NCBI GenBank assembly: GCA_037033305.1
Contig: JAZBLP010000009.1
Coordinates: 187 to 64,186, forward strand
Origin: Actinomycetota bacterium
GTDB taxonomy: Bacteria; Actinomycetota; Actinomycetes; Actinomycetales; Microbacteriaceae
Direction: 5' to 3'
DNA length: 64,000 bases
The translations under genes and the position numbers were made by a program. Under the pieces are notes generated by a model that searched no databases, was not told where the DNA came from, and saw nothing but the letters and a program-made list of their open reading frames with translations. This document shows positions 43,650 to 53,854 of this stretch, one piece after another. The stretch's first letter is position 1. Every line of letters begins with the position of its first letter.

Positions 43650-44776
43650 GATGCCGCCTCCACGAGCGACGTGGTCTTCTCGAAGAAGTGCGGAGCGTGC
43701 GCGACTAGTTGTCCCGCACGATAGTAGGGGTCGGAGGCTGTGATCGGCAGCGAGACGAACTGGCGTTCGAAGCCGGACTTGTAGATCGCGGTCACCACCT
43801 CGACCGCATTGCGGCCGTCGCGCCCGCCGACGATCGGGGGTCTGCCGTCACGGACGGCGCTGAGCAGGTCGCCGATCTGCCCCTCATGCCCGAGGTGGGC
43901 GAGCGGCGCGCGAGCGGCGACGAGCTGCTCGATGCGCGCGACGGCATCGCGATCGCCGCCCTCAGCCGGAAACCCGTCGCGTCGGGACGACTCAGCGACG
44001 ACGGTGAACGGCTGGGACACGCGGGCATTCGCGCCCTGGATCACGATCGCCTGCTCCTCCCCGTGGTGAACGACCGAACTGGTCAGCTGGCCGAGCGCTC
44101 GCTCGTAGCGGAAGATCGCGACCGAGAGATCCTCGACCTCGGCGTTGTCATGCTGCGCGTTGGCGAGCATGGCCGTGATCTCGGTCGGGCGCCCGAGCAG
44201 CCACAGCAGCAGGTCGATGTGGTGGATGGCGTGGTTCAGCGTGCAGCCGCCGCCTTCCTTCGCCCAAGTGCCGCGCCACCAGAGGTCGTAGTAGGGCAGC
44301 CCGCGCCACCACGCCGAATCGACTCGAACGTGCGAGATCGATCCGAGCAGACCCGAATCGACGATCTCCTTCAGCGTGGCGAGATCGTCTCGGAAGCGGT
44401 TCTGTGCCACCACCGACAGCACGCGGCCGGATCGCTCCTGGGCGGCGAGCATCGCGTCGCACTCCTCGAGAGACGGCGCCATGGGCTTCTCGACGAGCAC
44501 GTGGATGCCGGCATCGAGGGCGGCGATCGCGAGAGAGGCGTGCGTCGACGGCGGAGTCGCGATGCTCACGAGGTCGACCAGCCCCGAGGCGATCATCTCG
44601 AGCGGATCATCGAACGTCGCGGCGCGAGTGAGCCCGAATGCCTCGGCCTTCTGCGCGGCCCGCTCGGGGATCACGTCAGCCAGCGCCGCGATCTCGCACT
44701 CACCCGCGAACGCGAGGTATCCGCTGATGTGCGCATCGGCGATCCCGCCGGTGCCGATGATGCCGATCCTGAGCAT
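43646..44776 (-). CDS. Gfo/Idh/MocA family oxidoreductase
   Basis: Track ORF 43646..45907 trimmed to ATG 44776 (GAGGAGG upstream). Contains MLRIGIIGTGGIADAH and VLVEKPMA. Confidence 0.87.
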   Translation of the reverse strand: MLRIGIIGTGGIADAHISGYLAFAGECEIAALADVIPERAAQKAEAFGLTRAATFDDPLEMIASGLVDLVSIATPPSTHASLAIAALDAGIHVLVEKPMAPSLEECDAMLAAQERSGRVLSVVAQNRFRDDLATLKEIVDSGLLGSISHVRVDSAWWRGLPYYDLWWRGTWAKEGGGCTLNHAIHHIDLLLWLLGRPTEITAMLANAQHDNAEVEDLSVAIFRYERALGQLTSSVVHHGEEQAIVIQGANARVSQPFTVVAESSRRDGFPAEGGDRDAVARIEQLVAARAPLAHLGHEGQIGDLLSAVRDGRPPIVGGRDGRNAVEVVTAIYKSGFERQFVSLPITASDPYYRAGQLVAHAPHFFEKTTSLVEAAS

Positions 44777-44799
44777 TCGCTGCCTCCTCGATGAGGTGT

Positions 44800-44824
44800 T
44801 ACTACGTATTACTAAGACGTAGTA
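44800..44824. promoter_or_regulatory. Inverted repeat TACTACGT-N9-ACGTAGTA in an AT-rich divergent promoter region (candidate LacI operator)
   Basis: Read directly. 8-bp perfect arms lie between the oxidoreductase operon and the LacI gene. Confidence 0.45.
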
Positions 44825-44875
44825 GATACTATCGAGACAGACACCCGTCGCGTCAAGCCCAGGAAGGAGGATGCC

Positions 44876-45859
44876 GTGGAGAAACGACCCACCAGCCACG
44901 ATGTCGCCCACCTCGCCGGGGTCTCGCAGTCGACCGTCTCGTTCGTCTTCACCGGGCGGCCCGGGATCTCGGAGGCGACGCGCGAGCGCGTGATCCGCGC
45001 AGCATCCGAGTTGAACTACCGCCCGAACCTGGCCGCCCGGTCCATGCGCACCCGGCGCACCGGCCGACTCGCGGTCGTCGTGCCGATCGCCACGATGAAT
45101 CCGCTCACACTGCTCTCCGGCGCGATCTCGGCCGCACGCGAGGCCGGATACGTCGTCGAAGTGGTGAGCCTTCCTGAGGAGGCGGCCGCGCGCGATGAGC
45201 GCCTCGCCGAGCTCATCGAATCGGGGCAGTACGAGGGCGTGCTCGCGTTCACCCCGCTCCCCGCCACCGACTCCCCCCTCGACGGCCCCGTCGTGCTCTC
45301 GGTCGGCGAGTTCGACGATGCGATGCACATGACCGGGGCGTTCACCGACTCGCGACCCATCACCGAGATGATCGAACGCCTCGCGGCACAGGGCCATCGC
45401 AGATTCGTGCATCTGGCCGGCCCCGACGACTTCCCCTCGGCACGAGCCCGCCGCGCGGCCTACCTCGATGCGATCGCACGTCTGGGACTCGAATCGCTCG
45501 GCGTGTTCGGCGCGGAATGGAGCGGCAGCGCGGGCGAGGCCGCCATCGACGGGCTGCCCGCAGACGCACCGCCGCTCGCCGTGATCGCCGCGAACGACGT
45601 GATCGCCACCGGAGCCATCCGGGCCGCGACCCGACGCGGATGGAGTCTTCCCGACGAGGTGGCCGTCACCGGGTGGGACGACCACCCCCAGAGCGCCTTC
45701 CTGGTGCCCTCGCTGACGAGCGTGTCGCAGGACCGCGAGAGACTGGGAGCCTACTCGATGCACCGACTCATCGCGGCCGTCCGCGGTGGCGATGAACCGA
45801 CGAAACCCGACGGCCTGCTCAGCGTCATCTGGCGCGAGTCGACCGAGTCCCCGCACTGA
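44876..45859 (+). CDS. LacI family transcriptional regulator
   Basis: Track ORF, GTG start after GGAAGGAGG. HTH: HDVAHLAGVSQSTVSFVFTGRPGISEATRERVIRAASELNYRPN. Confidence 0.9.
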   Translation: MEKRPTSHDVAHLAGVSQSTVSFVFTGRPGISEATRERVIRAASELNYRPNLAARSMRTRRTGRLAVVVPIATMNPLTLLSGAISAAREAGYVVEVVSLPEEAAARDERLAELIESGQYEGVLAFTPLPATDSPLDGPVVLSVGEFDDAMHMTGAFTDSRPITEMIERLAAQGHRRFVHLAGPDDFPSARARRAAYLDAIARLGLESLGVFGAEWSGSAGEAAIDGLPADAPPLAVIAANDVIATGAIRAATRRGWSLPDEVAVTGWDDHPQSAFLVPSLTSVSQDRERLGAYSMHRLIAAVRGGDEPTKPDGLLSVIWRESTESPH

Positions 45860-45881
45860 CCACCGACACCTGGAGGCGCAC

Positions 45882-46817
45882 ATGAAGGTCCTGATCCCGA
45901 ACACCATCGAGCTGCCGGTGACCGCAGACGTCGAGAGCGTCGTCTACGACATCGACACGGAGATCCCTGAGGAGCACCGCGACGCCGAGGCGCTCGTCGT
46001 CTGGCACAACTCCTCGTCGTGGCTCCGGCAAGCCGCGCGCGAACTGCCCCGACTGCGCCTCGTTCAGGCTCTCGCCTCGGGCGCCGATGCGGTGCTCAAC
46101 GCCGGTTTCGCCGACGATGTGCGCATCTGCTCCGGTCGATCACTGCACGACGGGCCCGTCGCCGAGCATGCGCTGGCCCTGATCCTGAGCGCCGTTCGGC
46201 GTCTCGACCGGTTGCGCGACGCGCAGCGCGAGCACCTCTGGGACGAGGCGTTCAACGACGAGCAGAGTGCCGCGGCCACGCGTGCGCAGTACACGCTCGC
46301 CGGCGCGCACGTCACCCTCTGGGGATTCGGATCGATCGCCTCGACGCTCGCGCCCTACCTCACCGCGCTCGGGGCGGAGGTGCAGGGCATCGCACGCACG
46401 GCCGGAGAGCGGTCGGGGTACCAGGTGCACGCGGATGCCGATGCGGCCGCCGTGCTCGCAGACACCGATGTTCTCGTCTCGATCCTGCCCGCCACCGACG
46501 ACACCGCCGACCTGTTCGACGCCGAGCTCTTCCACACGCTCAAGCAGGGCGCGGTGTTCGTGAACGTCGGGCGTGGTGCGACCGTCGACGAGGCGGCACT
46601 GGTCGCGGCGCTGACATCCGGGCAGCTGCGGGCCGCGGCGATCGATGTCGCGAAGTCCGAGCCGCTTCCGGCATCCGACGCGCTGTGGGACGCGCCGAAC
46701 CTGCTCATCACCCCGCACATCGCCGGCAACCGTCCGGTCGGCGCGGCGGGCCTGGTCGATCAGAACGTGACCCGTCTGCTCGCGGGCGACGAACTCATCA
46801 ACCAGGTGCGCCCGTAG
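45882..46817 (+). CDS. D-isomer-specific 2-hydroxyacid dehydrogenase family protein
   Basis: Track ORF 45786..46817 trimmed to ATG 45882 (GGAGG upstream). Contains LWGFGSIAS, VNVGRGATVDEAALVAAL and ITPHIAG. Confidence 0.85.
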   Translation: MKVLIPNTIELPVTADVESVVYDIDTEIPEEHRDAEALVVWHNSSSWLRQAARELPRLRLVQALASGADAVLNAGFADDVRICSGRSLHDGPVAEHALALILSAVRRLDRLRDAQREHLWDEAFNDEQSAAATRAQYTLAGAHVTLWGFGSIASTLAPYLTALGAEVQGIARTAGERSGYQVHADADAAAVLADTDVLVSILPATDDTADLFDAELFHTLKQGAVFVNVGRGATVDEAALVAALTSGQLRAAAIDVAKSEPLPASDALWDAPNLLITPHIAGNRPVGAAGLVDQNVTRLLAGDELINQVRP

Positions 46818-46856
46818 GGTCTGGACACCTCGGGGCGAGCGGCGCATGCTGAGGGC

Positions 46857-47252
46857 ATGACCGCTTTTCAGACAGCACACGCGTTCAGCGGATTCAGCGT
46901 CGACGACATCGACGCCGCCCGCTCCTTCTACGGCGACACCCTGGGTATGGATGTCACCGTCAATGCCATGGGGTTCCTCGACATCAGCCTGCCCGACGGC
47001 GGATCGATCCTCGTCTACGGCAAGCCGAACCACGAGCCCGCGAGCTTCACCATCCTGAACTTCCCGGTGGACGACGTCGAAGCAGCCGTCGATGAGCTCA
47101 ACGGGCGCGGAGTCGTGACCAAGATCTACGACGACTCCGAGTTCGCCACCGACGAGAAGGGCATCCTGAGAGGCGGCCCCGACCGGGGGCCCGACATCGC
47201 CTGGTTCAAGGACCCGGCCGGCAACGTCCTCGCTGTGCTCGCCGCAGGCTGA
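46857..47252 (+). CDS. VOC (glyoxalase/bleomycin-resistance) family protein
   Basis: Track ORF. Contains FYGDTLGMDV and AWFKDPAGNVLAVL. Confidence 0.8.
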   Translation: MTAFQTAHAFSGFSVDDIDAARSFYGDTLGMDVTVNAMGFLDISLPDGGSILVYGKPNHEPASFTILNFPVDDVEAAVDELNGRGVVTKIYDDSEFATDEKGILRGGPDRGPDIAWFKDPAGNVLAVLAAG

Positions 47253-47308
47253 GAGACGGTCTCACGCGATGGCGCCGTTGAGTCGGAACGAGGCCTTCCT
47301 CGCGCGTA

Positions 47309-47458
47309 TCAGGATGCTTGCGCGAGCTTCCGGATCCAGTCGGGCGTCTCGGCCTTCAGGCGCCTGTCTGCCCGCACACGAATCGTAGCGGCGAGCTGCC
47401 GCTCGGCCTCGGAGGGAACCGGTCGTCCCGCTTTCGCTTCAAACTCACTTTTCGTCAT
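47309..47458 (-). CDS. Small hypothetical protein (49 aa)
   Basis: The last 49 codons of track ORF 47309..47683 start at ATG 47458, preceded by GAAGGAGG: MTKSEFEAKAGRPVPSEAERQLAATIRVRADRRLKAETPDWIRKLAQAS. Confidence 0.5.
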   Translation of the reverse strand: MTKSEFEAKAGRPVPSEAERQLAATIRVRADRRLKAETPDWIRKLAQAS

Positions 47459-47741
47459 CGGTCGCCTCCTTCTCTTCCTGATCCGAGTATGACCCATTCT
47501 GGGGCGTATCTCCAGGCTCTGAATTCCTGTTCTCTCCTGCACTGATCGTGCGTAGGTCGTCGTCGTCGTCAGCACCATCGCCGAAGAGATCCAGCGTATT
47601 CGCGTCGACGATCCGCCTGACGAGCTCTTGCTCGCCCTTCCTGGCCAGACGGCGACGCTGTCCCACCATTCGGCGATGTTCATGGACAGATCATGACGAC
47701 GAGCTCCGACATCGCTGTGCTCGCCGCCGGCTGAGCGACGC

Positions 47742-48716
47742 TCAGACGAGCAACGAGTCGAAGAGCGCGTTCACGGCGGGGTCGACTCGCTGCAGCTCGG
47801 GATGCGCATCGTGCCAGTCGATGATCTCGCGCGCCGCGATGTGCAGCGGAATCAGCGGGTTGAAGTCCGGCACGACGCGGCGGATCTTCGTGTTGTCGAA
47901 GACGACGGAGTGCGCCATATCGCCGGTGAGCTGGCCCGCGCGATCGGGCACGGCATCCTCGATCGCCGCACTCGTGGCGTAGCGGATCTTCGGCTCTGCT
48001 CCCGCCGCGCGACCGAGGATCGAGTAGATCTCGTTCCACGTGTACACGAAGTCACTCGTGATCTGGAAGGTGTCGCCGTAGGCGAGCGGATTGCCGAGCA
48101 GCCCCACGAAGCCGACCGCGAAGTCGTTGGAGTGCGTGAGCGTCCACAACGACGTGCCGTCGCCGTGCACGATGATCTCCTCGCCGCGACGGATGCGGTC
48201 GATCGCCGTCCAGCCCCCGAACGCCGGAATGGTCCACTTGTCGTAGGTGTGCGACGGCCGCAACACCGTGACGGGGAATCCGCGATCCCGGTAAGCGGCG
48301 GTCAGCAGGTCTTCACACGCGATCTTGTCGCGCGAGTACTGCCAATACGGGTTGCGCAGCGGCGTCGACTCGGTGATCGGCAGACGTGAGACCGGCTTCT
48401 GATACGCGGACGCCGAGCTGATGAACACGTACTGTCCCGTGCGACCCTCGAAGCGATCGATGTCTCGCTGCACCTGATCCGGCGTGAAGGCGATCATGTC
48501 GGCGACGACGTCGAACTCGCGGCCTGCGAGGGCGGCGTCGACCGCCGCCGCATCCGACACGTCCGCCGTCAGCACCTCGACGCCGTCAGCCGGCTCGCGT
48601 CGCGACTGCCCACGATTCAGCAGAGTGACCTCCATGCCTCGGGATGCCGCGAGTGCGCTCGCCGCCGAGGAGATGATTCCGGTTCCACCGATGAACAACA
48701 CCGTCGTCGCAGTCAT
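47742..48716 (-). CDS. NAD-dependent epimerase/dehydratase (extended SDR)
   Basis: Track ORF. Contains FIGGTGIISSA and YSRDK (YxxxK). Confidence 0.85.
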   Translation of the reverse strand: MTATTVLFIGGTGIISSAASALAASRGMEVTLLNRGQSRREPADGVEVLTADVSDAAAVDAALAGREFDVVADMIAFTPDQVQRDIDRFEGRTGQYVFISSASAYQKPVSRLPITESTPLRNPYWQYSRDKIACEDLLTAAYRDRGFPVTVLRPSHTYDKWTIPAFGGWTAIDRIRRGEEIIVHGDGTSLWTLTHSNDFAVGFVGLLGNPLAYGDTFQITSDFVYTWNEIYSILGRAAGAEPKIRYATSAAIEDAVPDRAGQLTGDMAHSVVFDNTKIRRVVPDFNPLIPLHIAAREIIDWHDAHPELQRVDPAVNALFDSLLV

Positions 48717-49411
48717 GCCTCCGACTCTAGCCGCGGGTCAGGCGAAGGGTCTGCCCCCGCGAGCTGCTCGAAGAGGGCGCGAACGGCCTCGTCGACGGTG
48801 TTCGGATCTCCCGCGCGTATCGCATCGGCGACGGCGTCGGTCCCGGCGCTCAGCCCCGGAGCCGCGTCGTCTCGGGGCGCGGTCTCGGAGAACTGCAGCG
48901 CGCACTGAGCGAGGATCGTGGCCTCCACCAGGTGCATGGCCTGTCGCGGATGCCGTACGAGGTCGTCGACCGCGGTGAGGAACGCGATGGCCGCAGCGTC
49001 GCGGTCGCCTGCCGCCTGCGCCCGACCGATCTCCTCGGCATACGACACGAGATCAGCGCGGATGCCGTCCGCAGCCGTGGGCAGCGCCGTGCGGAGCGCC
49101 GTCCCCGCGAGCACCCCGGCGTAGCTGATGGCGGCCCGGGACTCGAGTGTGGTGAGGTCCGCGACCTTGGTGTAGCGCGCGGGAGTGACCTCCACCAGGC
49201 CGATGTCACGCAGCCGGATGATCGCTTCCCGGATCGGGTTGAGCGACATATCGAGCTCCCTGGCGAAGCGCGTCGTGTTGAGCGTGTCGCCCGACCGATA
49301 GTCCCCCCGCAGGATCGCCCCGAGGACGTGCTGGAACGCCAGTTCCGGCAGCGGCACGGCTCCGCGATGGATCCATCGGCGCGTCCATGGATCCGCGTAG
49401 GCGATGGTCAT
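48713..49411 (-). CDS. GntR family transcriptional regulator (FCD type)
   Basis: Track ORF. Contains TTRFARELDMSLNPIREAIIRLRDIGLVEV. Confidence 0.85.
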   Translation of the reverse strand: MTIAYADPWTRRWIHRGAVPLPELAFQHVLGAILRGDYRSGDTLNTTRFARELDMSLNPIREAIIRLRDIGLVEVTPARYTKVADLTTLESRAAISYAGVLAGTALRTALPTAADGIRADLVSYAEEIGRAQAAGDRDAAAIAFLTAVDDLVRHPRQAMHLVEATILAQCALQFSETAPRDDAAPGLSAGTDAVADAIRAGDPNTVDEAVRALFEQLAGADPSPDPRLESEA

Positions 49412-49509
49412 CGGTGCTCCCCCGGTCCGTTGTGAAGGCCGCCCTGTGACGGGGGCCCACTAGACAGACTCTCTGCAGCCCGGAATATTACGCAGAGCCG
49501 GGGGAAAAG

Positions 49510-50550
49510 TCAGACCACGCTGGCACCGGGTGCTGCAGCGAACTCCTCGAGAGCGCTGACGACGTCATCGGAGAGCTCGACCTTGCTGGCCGCCACGGCG
49601 TCGTCGATCTGGCCCGTGCGCGAGGCGCCGATGATCGCGGTGGTCACGACGGCGTCCCGCAGCACCCAGGCGACGGCGAGCTGCGGGATCGAGAGCCCCG
49701 CATCCTTCGCGACCCTGTCGATGCCACGGATGCGCTCGAAGTAGCCGTCGGTGAGCGCGGACCCGTTCAGGAAACGGCTGTTCGCCGCGCGGGAGTCGGC
49801 CGGAACGTCGCCGTCGATGTACTTGCCGGTGAGCAGGCCCTGCGCGAGCGGCGAGAACACGGCGCTGCCCACATGCAGCTCGCGCAGCGCCGGGAACAGC
49901 TCGGCCTCGGGAGTGCGGTCGAACAGCGAGTACCGCGGCTGGTGCAGCAGCAGCCTCACCCCCTGATCCGCGAGCAGCTGATGCGCACGGCGCGCCAGCT
50001 CTGCCGGATAGTTCGAGATGCCCACATACAGCGCCTTGCCGCTGCGCACGATGTCGACGAGCGCGGTGACCGTCTCCTCCAGCGGGGTCTCGGGATCGGG
50101 GCGGTGCGAATAGAACACGTCGACGTAGTCGGTGTTCATGCGCTGCAGACTCTGCTCGAGCGACCGCATGAGGTACTTGCGCGATCCTCCGTCGCCGAAC
50201 GGCCCTGGCCACATGTCGTAGCCGGCCTTCGTCGTGACGAACAGTTCGTCGCGGTAGCGTGCGAGTCCGCTGTCGAGCACGGCGCCGAACGTCGACTCGG
50301 CGGATCCGTAGGGCGGGCCGTAGTTGTTGGCGAGGTCGATGTGCACGACACCACGGTCGAACGCGTGCAGCACGATCTCGCGCTGGCCGTCGAAGGTGCG
50401 ATCACGACCGAAGTTCTGCCAGAGTCCGAGCGAGACCTTCGGCAGCTGCACCCCGCTCGAGCCGGCGCGCTGGAACGGCACGTCGGTGTAGCGGGTGGCC
50501 GCAGCCTCATAGGCGTGCGTCAGGCGGGGGTCATCGGCGGCGATGGGCAT
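49510..50550 (-). CDS. Aldo/keto reductase
   Basis: Track ORF. Contains LGLWQNFG, DLANNYGPPYGSAE and VGISNY. Confidence 0.88.
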   Translation of the reverse strand: MPIAADDPRLTHAYEAAATRYTDVPFQRAGSSGVQLPKVSLGLWQNFGRDRTFDGQREIVLHAFDRGVVHIDLANNYGPPYGSAESTFGAVLDSGLARYRDELFVTTKAGYDMWPGPFGDGGSRKYLMRSLEQSLQRMNTDYVDVFYSHRPDPETPLEETVTALVDIVRSGKALYVGISNYPAELARRAHQLLADQGVRLLLHQPRYSLFDRTPEAELFPALRELHVGSAVFSPLAQGLLTGKYIDGDVPADSRAANSRFLNGSALTDGYFERIRGIDRVAKDAGLSIPQLAVAWVLRDAVVTTAIIGASRTGQIDDAVAASKVELSDDVVSALEEFAAAPGASVV

Positions 50551-50662
50551 GGGAGACGCTCCAGGGTGCGAGGCGGGAAGAGCTTCAGGATAGCGCTTTC
50601 ACTCAGCGTGACGAGCCCGGACCGGCGCGGAGGTCCGGGCTCGTCACGCGGGGCGCCGCCGA

Positions 50663-51589
50663 CTACTTGATCGACCCTCGCATCACACCGGAGATGACCC
50701 AGCGCTGAGAGAAGATGTACACGATGAGCAACGGCGCCATCGCCATCAGGTACGACGCGAAAGCCACGGTGTAGTCGGTGTTGTACTGCCCCTGGAACAC
50801 GTACTGCGCGAGCGACAGCGTACGATCCGACGGCGACGTCAGCACCACGAGCGGCATGATGAAGTCGTTCCACGCCCACACGCACGTCAGGATGCCGACC
50901 GTGGCGTTCATCGGCATGAGCAGCGGGAAGATGATCTGCCGGAACACCCGGAACGTCGAGGCCCCGTCCATCCGCGCCGCCTCTTCGAGCTCGATCGGGA
51001 TCGAACGGATGAAGGCCGTGTAGATGAAGATGTTGAGGCTCAGTCCGTAGATCGTGTAGAGGATGATCATGCCCGCCGGGGTGTCGAGTCCGAGGAGCGC
51101 CGTCTGCTTGACGAGCGGAAGCATGATGATCGGGAACGGGATGAACAGGGCGGCCAACAGGTAGTAGAACACGCCCTTGAAGAACGGCCGGTGCAGGTTC
51201 CGCGCCAGCGCGTAGGCCACGAGCGAGCTGGTCAGCAGTGTGAAGATCACCGAGCCCACCGTGATGATCGCCGTGTTGAGCAGCGCCTGCGGGAAGTCGG
51301 TGCGCTCCCATGCGACGGCGAAGTTGCCCCAGTTGATCGGCCAGGGGAGCTCGAATCCTGTTCCGGACGCGAGCTGGTCAGGTGTCTTCAGCGCGACGGC
51401 GACCGCGAGGTAGAGCGGCACGATCACGGTGAGCGAGCACACCGCGATGAGCGCAGTGGCCCACCAGTTGGTGCGTCGCGTGTCGGAGTCATCGCCGCTC
51501 TTGCGTGCGCCGAGGCGACGCGTGCGGGGAACGACGAGCGCGCGGGTGGCCGGAGCCTCTTCGATCGGTGTGGTGACGGAACTGGACAT
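50663..51589 (-). CDS. Carbohydrate ABC transporter permease (MalG-like)
   Basis: Track ORF 50663..52009 trimmed to ATG 51589. EAA loop: ELEEAARMDGASTFRVFRQIIFPL. Confidence 0.88.
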   Translation of the reverse strand: MSSSVTTPIEEAPATRALVVPRTRRLGARKSGDDSDTRRTNWWATALIAVCSLTVIVPLYLAVAVALKTPDQLASGTGFELPWPINWGNFAVAWERTDFPQALLNTAIITVGSVIFTLLTSSLVAYALARNLHRPFFKGVFYYLLAALFIPFPIIMLPLVKQTALLGLDTPAGMIILYTIYGLSLNIFIYTAFIRSIPIELEEAARMDGASTFRVFRQIIFPLLMPMNATVGILTCVWAWNDFIMPLVVLTSPSDRTLSLAQYVFQGQYNTDYTVAFASYLMAMAPLLIVYIFSQRWVISGVMRGSIK

Positions 51590-52518
51590 CAGAAGTCGGC
51601 CTCTCTGCGCTGAAGGACCCGGAATTGGAGGAGTGAGACGATCGTGATCACGATGAAGAAGATCACCGCGTTGGCCGTCTGGTAGGCGAACTCGCCACCC
51701 GAGAACCCACCACGGAAGATCAGCATCGTCACCGATTCGGTGCTGGTGCCTGGCCCTCCGTTGGTGAGGGCGATGATGGGGTCGAACACCTGCAGGAACC
51801 CCTTCAGGCTCAGCACGACGTTGATCGTGAAGAAGGCGCTGATGAGCGGGAAGGTGATGGAGCGGAACTGCCGGGCAGCGGTGGCTCCGTCGATCGACGC
51901 GGCCTCGTAGATGTCTGCGGGGATGGTCTGGAGCCCCGCGAGATAGATGATGATCGAGAACGCGCAGGCCTGCCAGACCGCCAGGGCGACCACCGCGGTC
52001 CACGCCCACTCGGGGCTGGTGAGGATGTTGTCTCGGAACAGCGGGATGCCGGAGAGGATCTTCGGCAGCGAGTTCGAGAACAGGAACTGGAAGACGTATC
52101 CGACCACCAGCACCGCGAGGATGTACGGCACGAAGTACACGCCGCGCCAGAAGTTCCGGGCCTTGATCTTGGCGTTGAGTCCCATCGCGATCGCCAGCGA
52201 GATCGCGTTGGTGATGACCGTGGCGACGATCGCGAACAGGAACGAGAATCCGTAGGCGCGGAGCACCCGGTCATCGCGGAAGATGTTGACGTAGTTCGCG
52301 ATGCCCACGAAGTCCCACGTGCCGTATCCGGCGTAGTTCGTGAAGCTGAAGAAGATGCCGATGATGACCGGCAGGGTGTGGAACAGCGCGAAGGCGATGA
52401 CCGCCGGCCACACGAACCAGTAGAACGCGCGGGGTGCGAGCTTCCTGCGCTGACGCGACGGCGCCGCTTCGCCCGCCGCCTGTTCCGTCTTCACGGTGGA
52501 TGTCGTGAGAATGGCCAT
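51589..52518 (-). CDS. Carbohydrate ABC transporter permease (MalF-like)
   Basis: Track ORF 51589..52593 trimmed to ATG 52518. Contains IYEAASIDGATAARQFRSITFPL. Confidence 0.88.
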   Translation of the reverse strand: MAILTTSTVKTEQAAGEAAPSRQRRKLAPRAFYWFVWPAVIAFALFHTLPVIIGIFFSFTNYAGYGTWDFVGIANYVNIFRDDRVLRAYGFSFLFAIVATVITNAISLAIAMGLNAKIKARNFWRGVYFVPYILAVLVVGYVFQFLFSNSLPKILSGIPLFRDNILTSPEWAWTAVVALAVWQACAFSIIIYLAGLQTIPADIYEAASIDGATAARQFRSITFPLISAFFTINVVLSLKGFLQVFDPIIALTNGGPGTSTESVTMLIFRGGFSGGEFAYQTANAVIFFIVITIVSLLQFRVLQRREADF

Positions 52519-52519
52519 C

Positions 52520-53806
52520 TCAGTCCTCCTCGGGGGTGATCGTGCGGGCGGCGACCTTGCGCCACTCGTTGTCGAGGGTGCGAAGCGCGGCATCCGCGTC
52601 TTCGTCGTAGAGGAACTGCTGCACGACGCCGACGAGCGGGATCGCGGCGGGCACCTGGTGATCGATGAATCCGGTGATCTGTCCGTCGTCGAAGTACGGG
52701 GCGATCGACTGCAGTGCCGGGTCGTCGCTCAGCTCGGCGTCGACGACCGAGGGGACCATGGTCTGGGAGGCTGCGAAGCGCTCGATGATCTCGGGCTGGA
52801 AGAGGAACTCGATGAAGCGCAGGGCCTCCTCGCGGTGTGGGGTGTCGCGGGCCATGGTCACCGCGACGTCGACTCCGGACACCAGCATCCGATCAGCGGG
52901 ATCCTCGGGCACCGGGTACGGGAAGATCGCCGCGTCGATGTCGGGGTTGACGGCCTTCACCGGGCTGAGCGCCCAGATGCCCTGGAGCATCATCGCCGCA
53001 CCGCCCTGCGCGAACAGCGAGGTGCTGTCGTCGTACGAGGCTCCGCGGTATCCGTCCTGCGAGTACTGGAACAGCTGCGCCTGACGCTCCATCGCCTCGG
53101 GGAAGTCGCTCTCGAACGACACGGGTGAATCCGGTCCGACCGAGTCCCCCTCAGCGCGCATCTCATCGAAGAATCCGTCCTGGCTGTAGTACGCGCCGAT
53201 GCCGTTCCACGACGGCATCGCGGTCCAGTTCTCCGCGAGCGATGTCGAGAACGGGGTGATGCCCCGTTCGACGAGCGTGTCGCAGAGGGCGATCAGCTCA
53301 TCCCACGTCTCAGGCACCTCGAGCCCCTGCTCCTCGAAGATCGCCCGGTTGTAGATGATGCCGTTGGCGTTGTTCACGTAGCCGAGGCTGTTCACCTCTC
53401 CGTCGGCGTTGCCCAGCTGCGCGAGGATCTCCTGCACGCCGGGATTGATCGTGTCGAGCACCGGCTCGTCCGAGAAGTCGTAGAAGACCCCGGCTTCGGC
53501 GAGGTCGCCGAAGTTGCCGTTGCCGTTCAGGGTGATCACGTCAGGGGTGCGGTCCTTCACGAGCAGTGTGCGGATCAGCGTCTCCGAGTCGGCGACCTGG
53601 TTCTGCACCACCCGGATGTCGGGGTTCTCCGCCTCGAACTCGCCGATGATCTCGTCGAAGTCCTCGAGCGCTTCCCCCTTGAACTGGAAGAAGTCCAAGG
53701 TCGTGACCTCGGAGTCCGCGCTCGACGCGCACCCTCCCAGTGCTCCGGCGAGAGCGACCACGGCGACAGCCGCGGCGACCCCTCGGAGCGGATGGATGAT
53801 CTTCAT
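52520..53806 (-). CDS. Carbohydrate ABC transporter substrate-binding lipoprotein
   Basis: Track ORF. MKIIHPLRGVAAAVAVVALAGALGGCASS contains a lipobox. Confidence 0.9.
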   Translation of the reverse strand: MKIIHPLRGVAAAVAVVALAGALGGCASSADSEVTTLDFFQFKGEALEDFDEIIGEFEAENPDIRVVQNQVADSETLIRTLLVKDRTPDVITLNGNGNFGDLAEAGVFYDFSDEPVLDTINPGVQEILAQLGNADGEVNSLGYVNNANGIIYNRAIFEEQGLEVPETWDELIALCDTLVERGITPFSTSLAENWTAMPSWNGIGAYYSQDGFFDEMRAEGDSVGPDSPVSFESDFPEAMERQAQLFQYSQDGYRGASYDDSTSLFAQGGAAMMLQGIWALSPVKAVNPDIDAAIFPYPVPEDPADRMLVSGVDVAVTMARDTPHREEALRFIEFLFQPEIIERFAASQTMVPSVVDAELSDDPALQSIAPYFDDGQITGFIDHQVPAAIPLVGVVQQFLYDEDADAALRTLDNEWRKVAARTITPEED

Positions 53807-53854
53807 GTGCTGCGCCTCCTTGCGCGAGAGTGAACCGGTCGAGACCGGCCAGGG

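Noticed and set aside
43646-45907. 753-aa minus-strand track ORF
   Set aside because: Upstream of ATG 44776 it runs antisense through the LacI gene and the AT-rich promoter region. The real gene is the 376-aa Gfo/Idh/MocA oxidoreductase.
47445-47669. 74-aa ORF as a confident CDS feature
   Set aside because: It has no recognisable SD and a low-complexity acidic tail. I kept it only as part of a low-interest finding.
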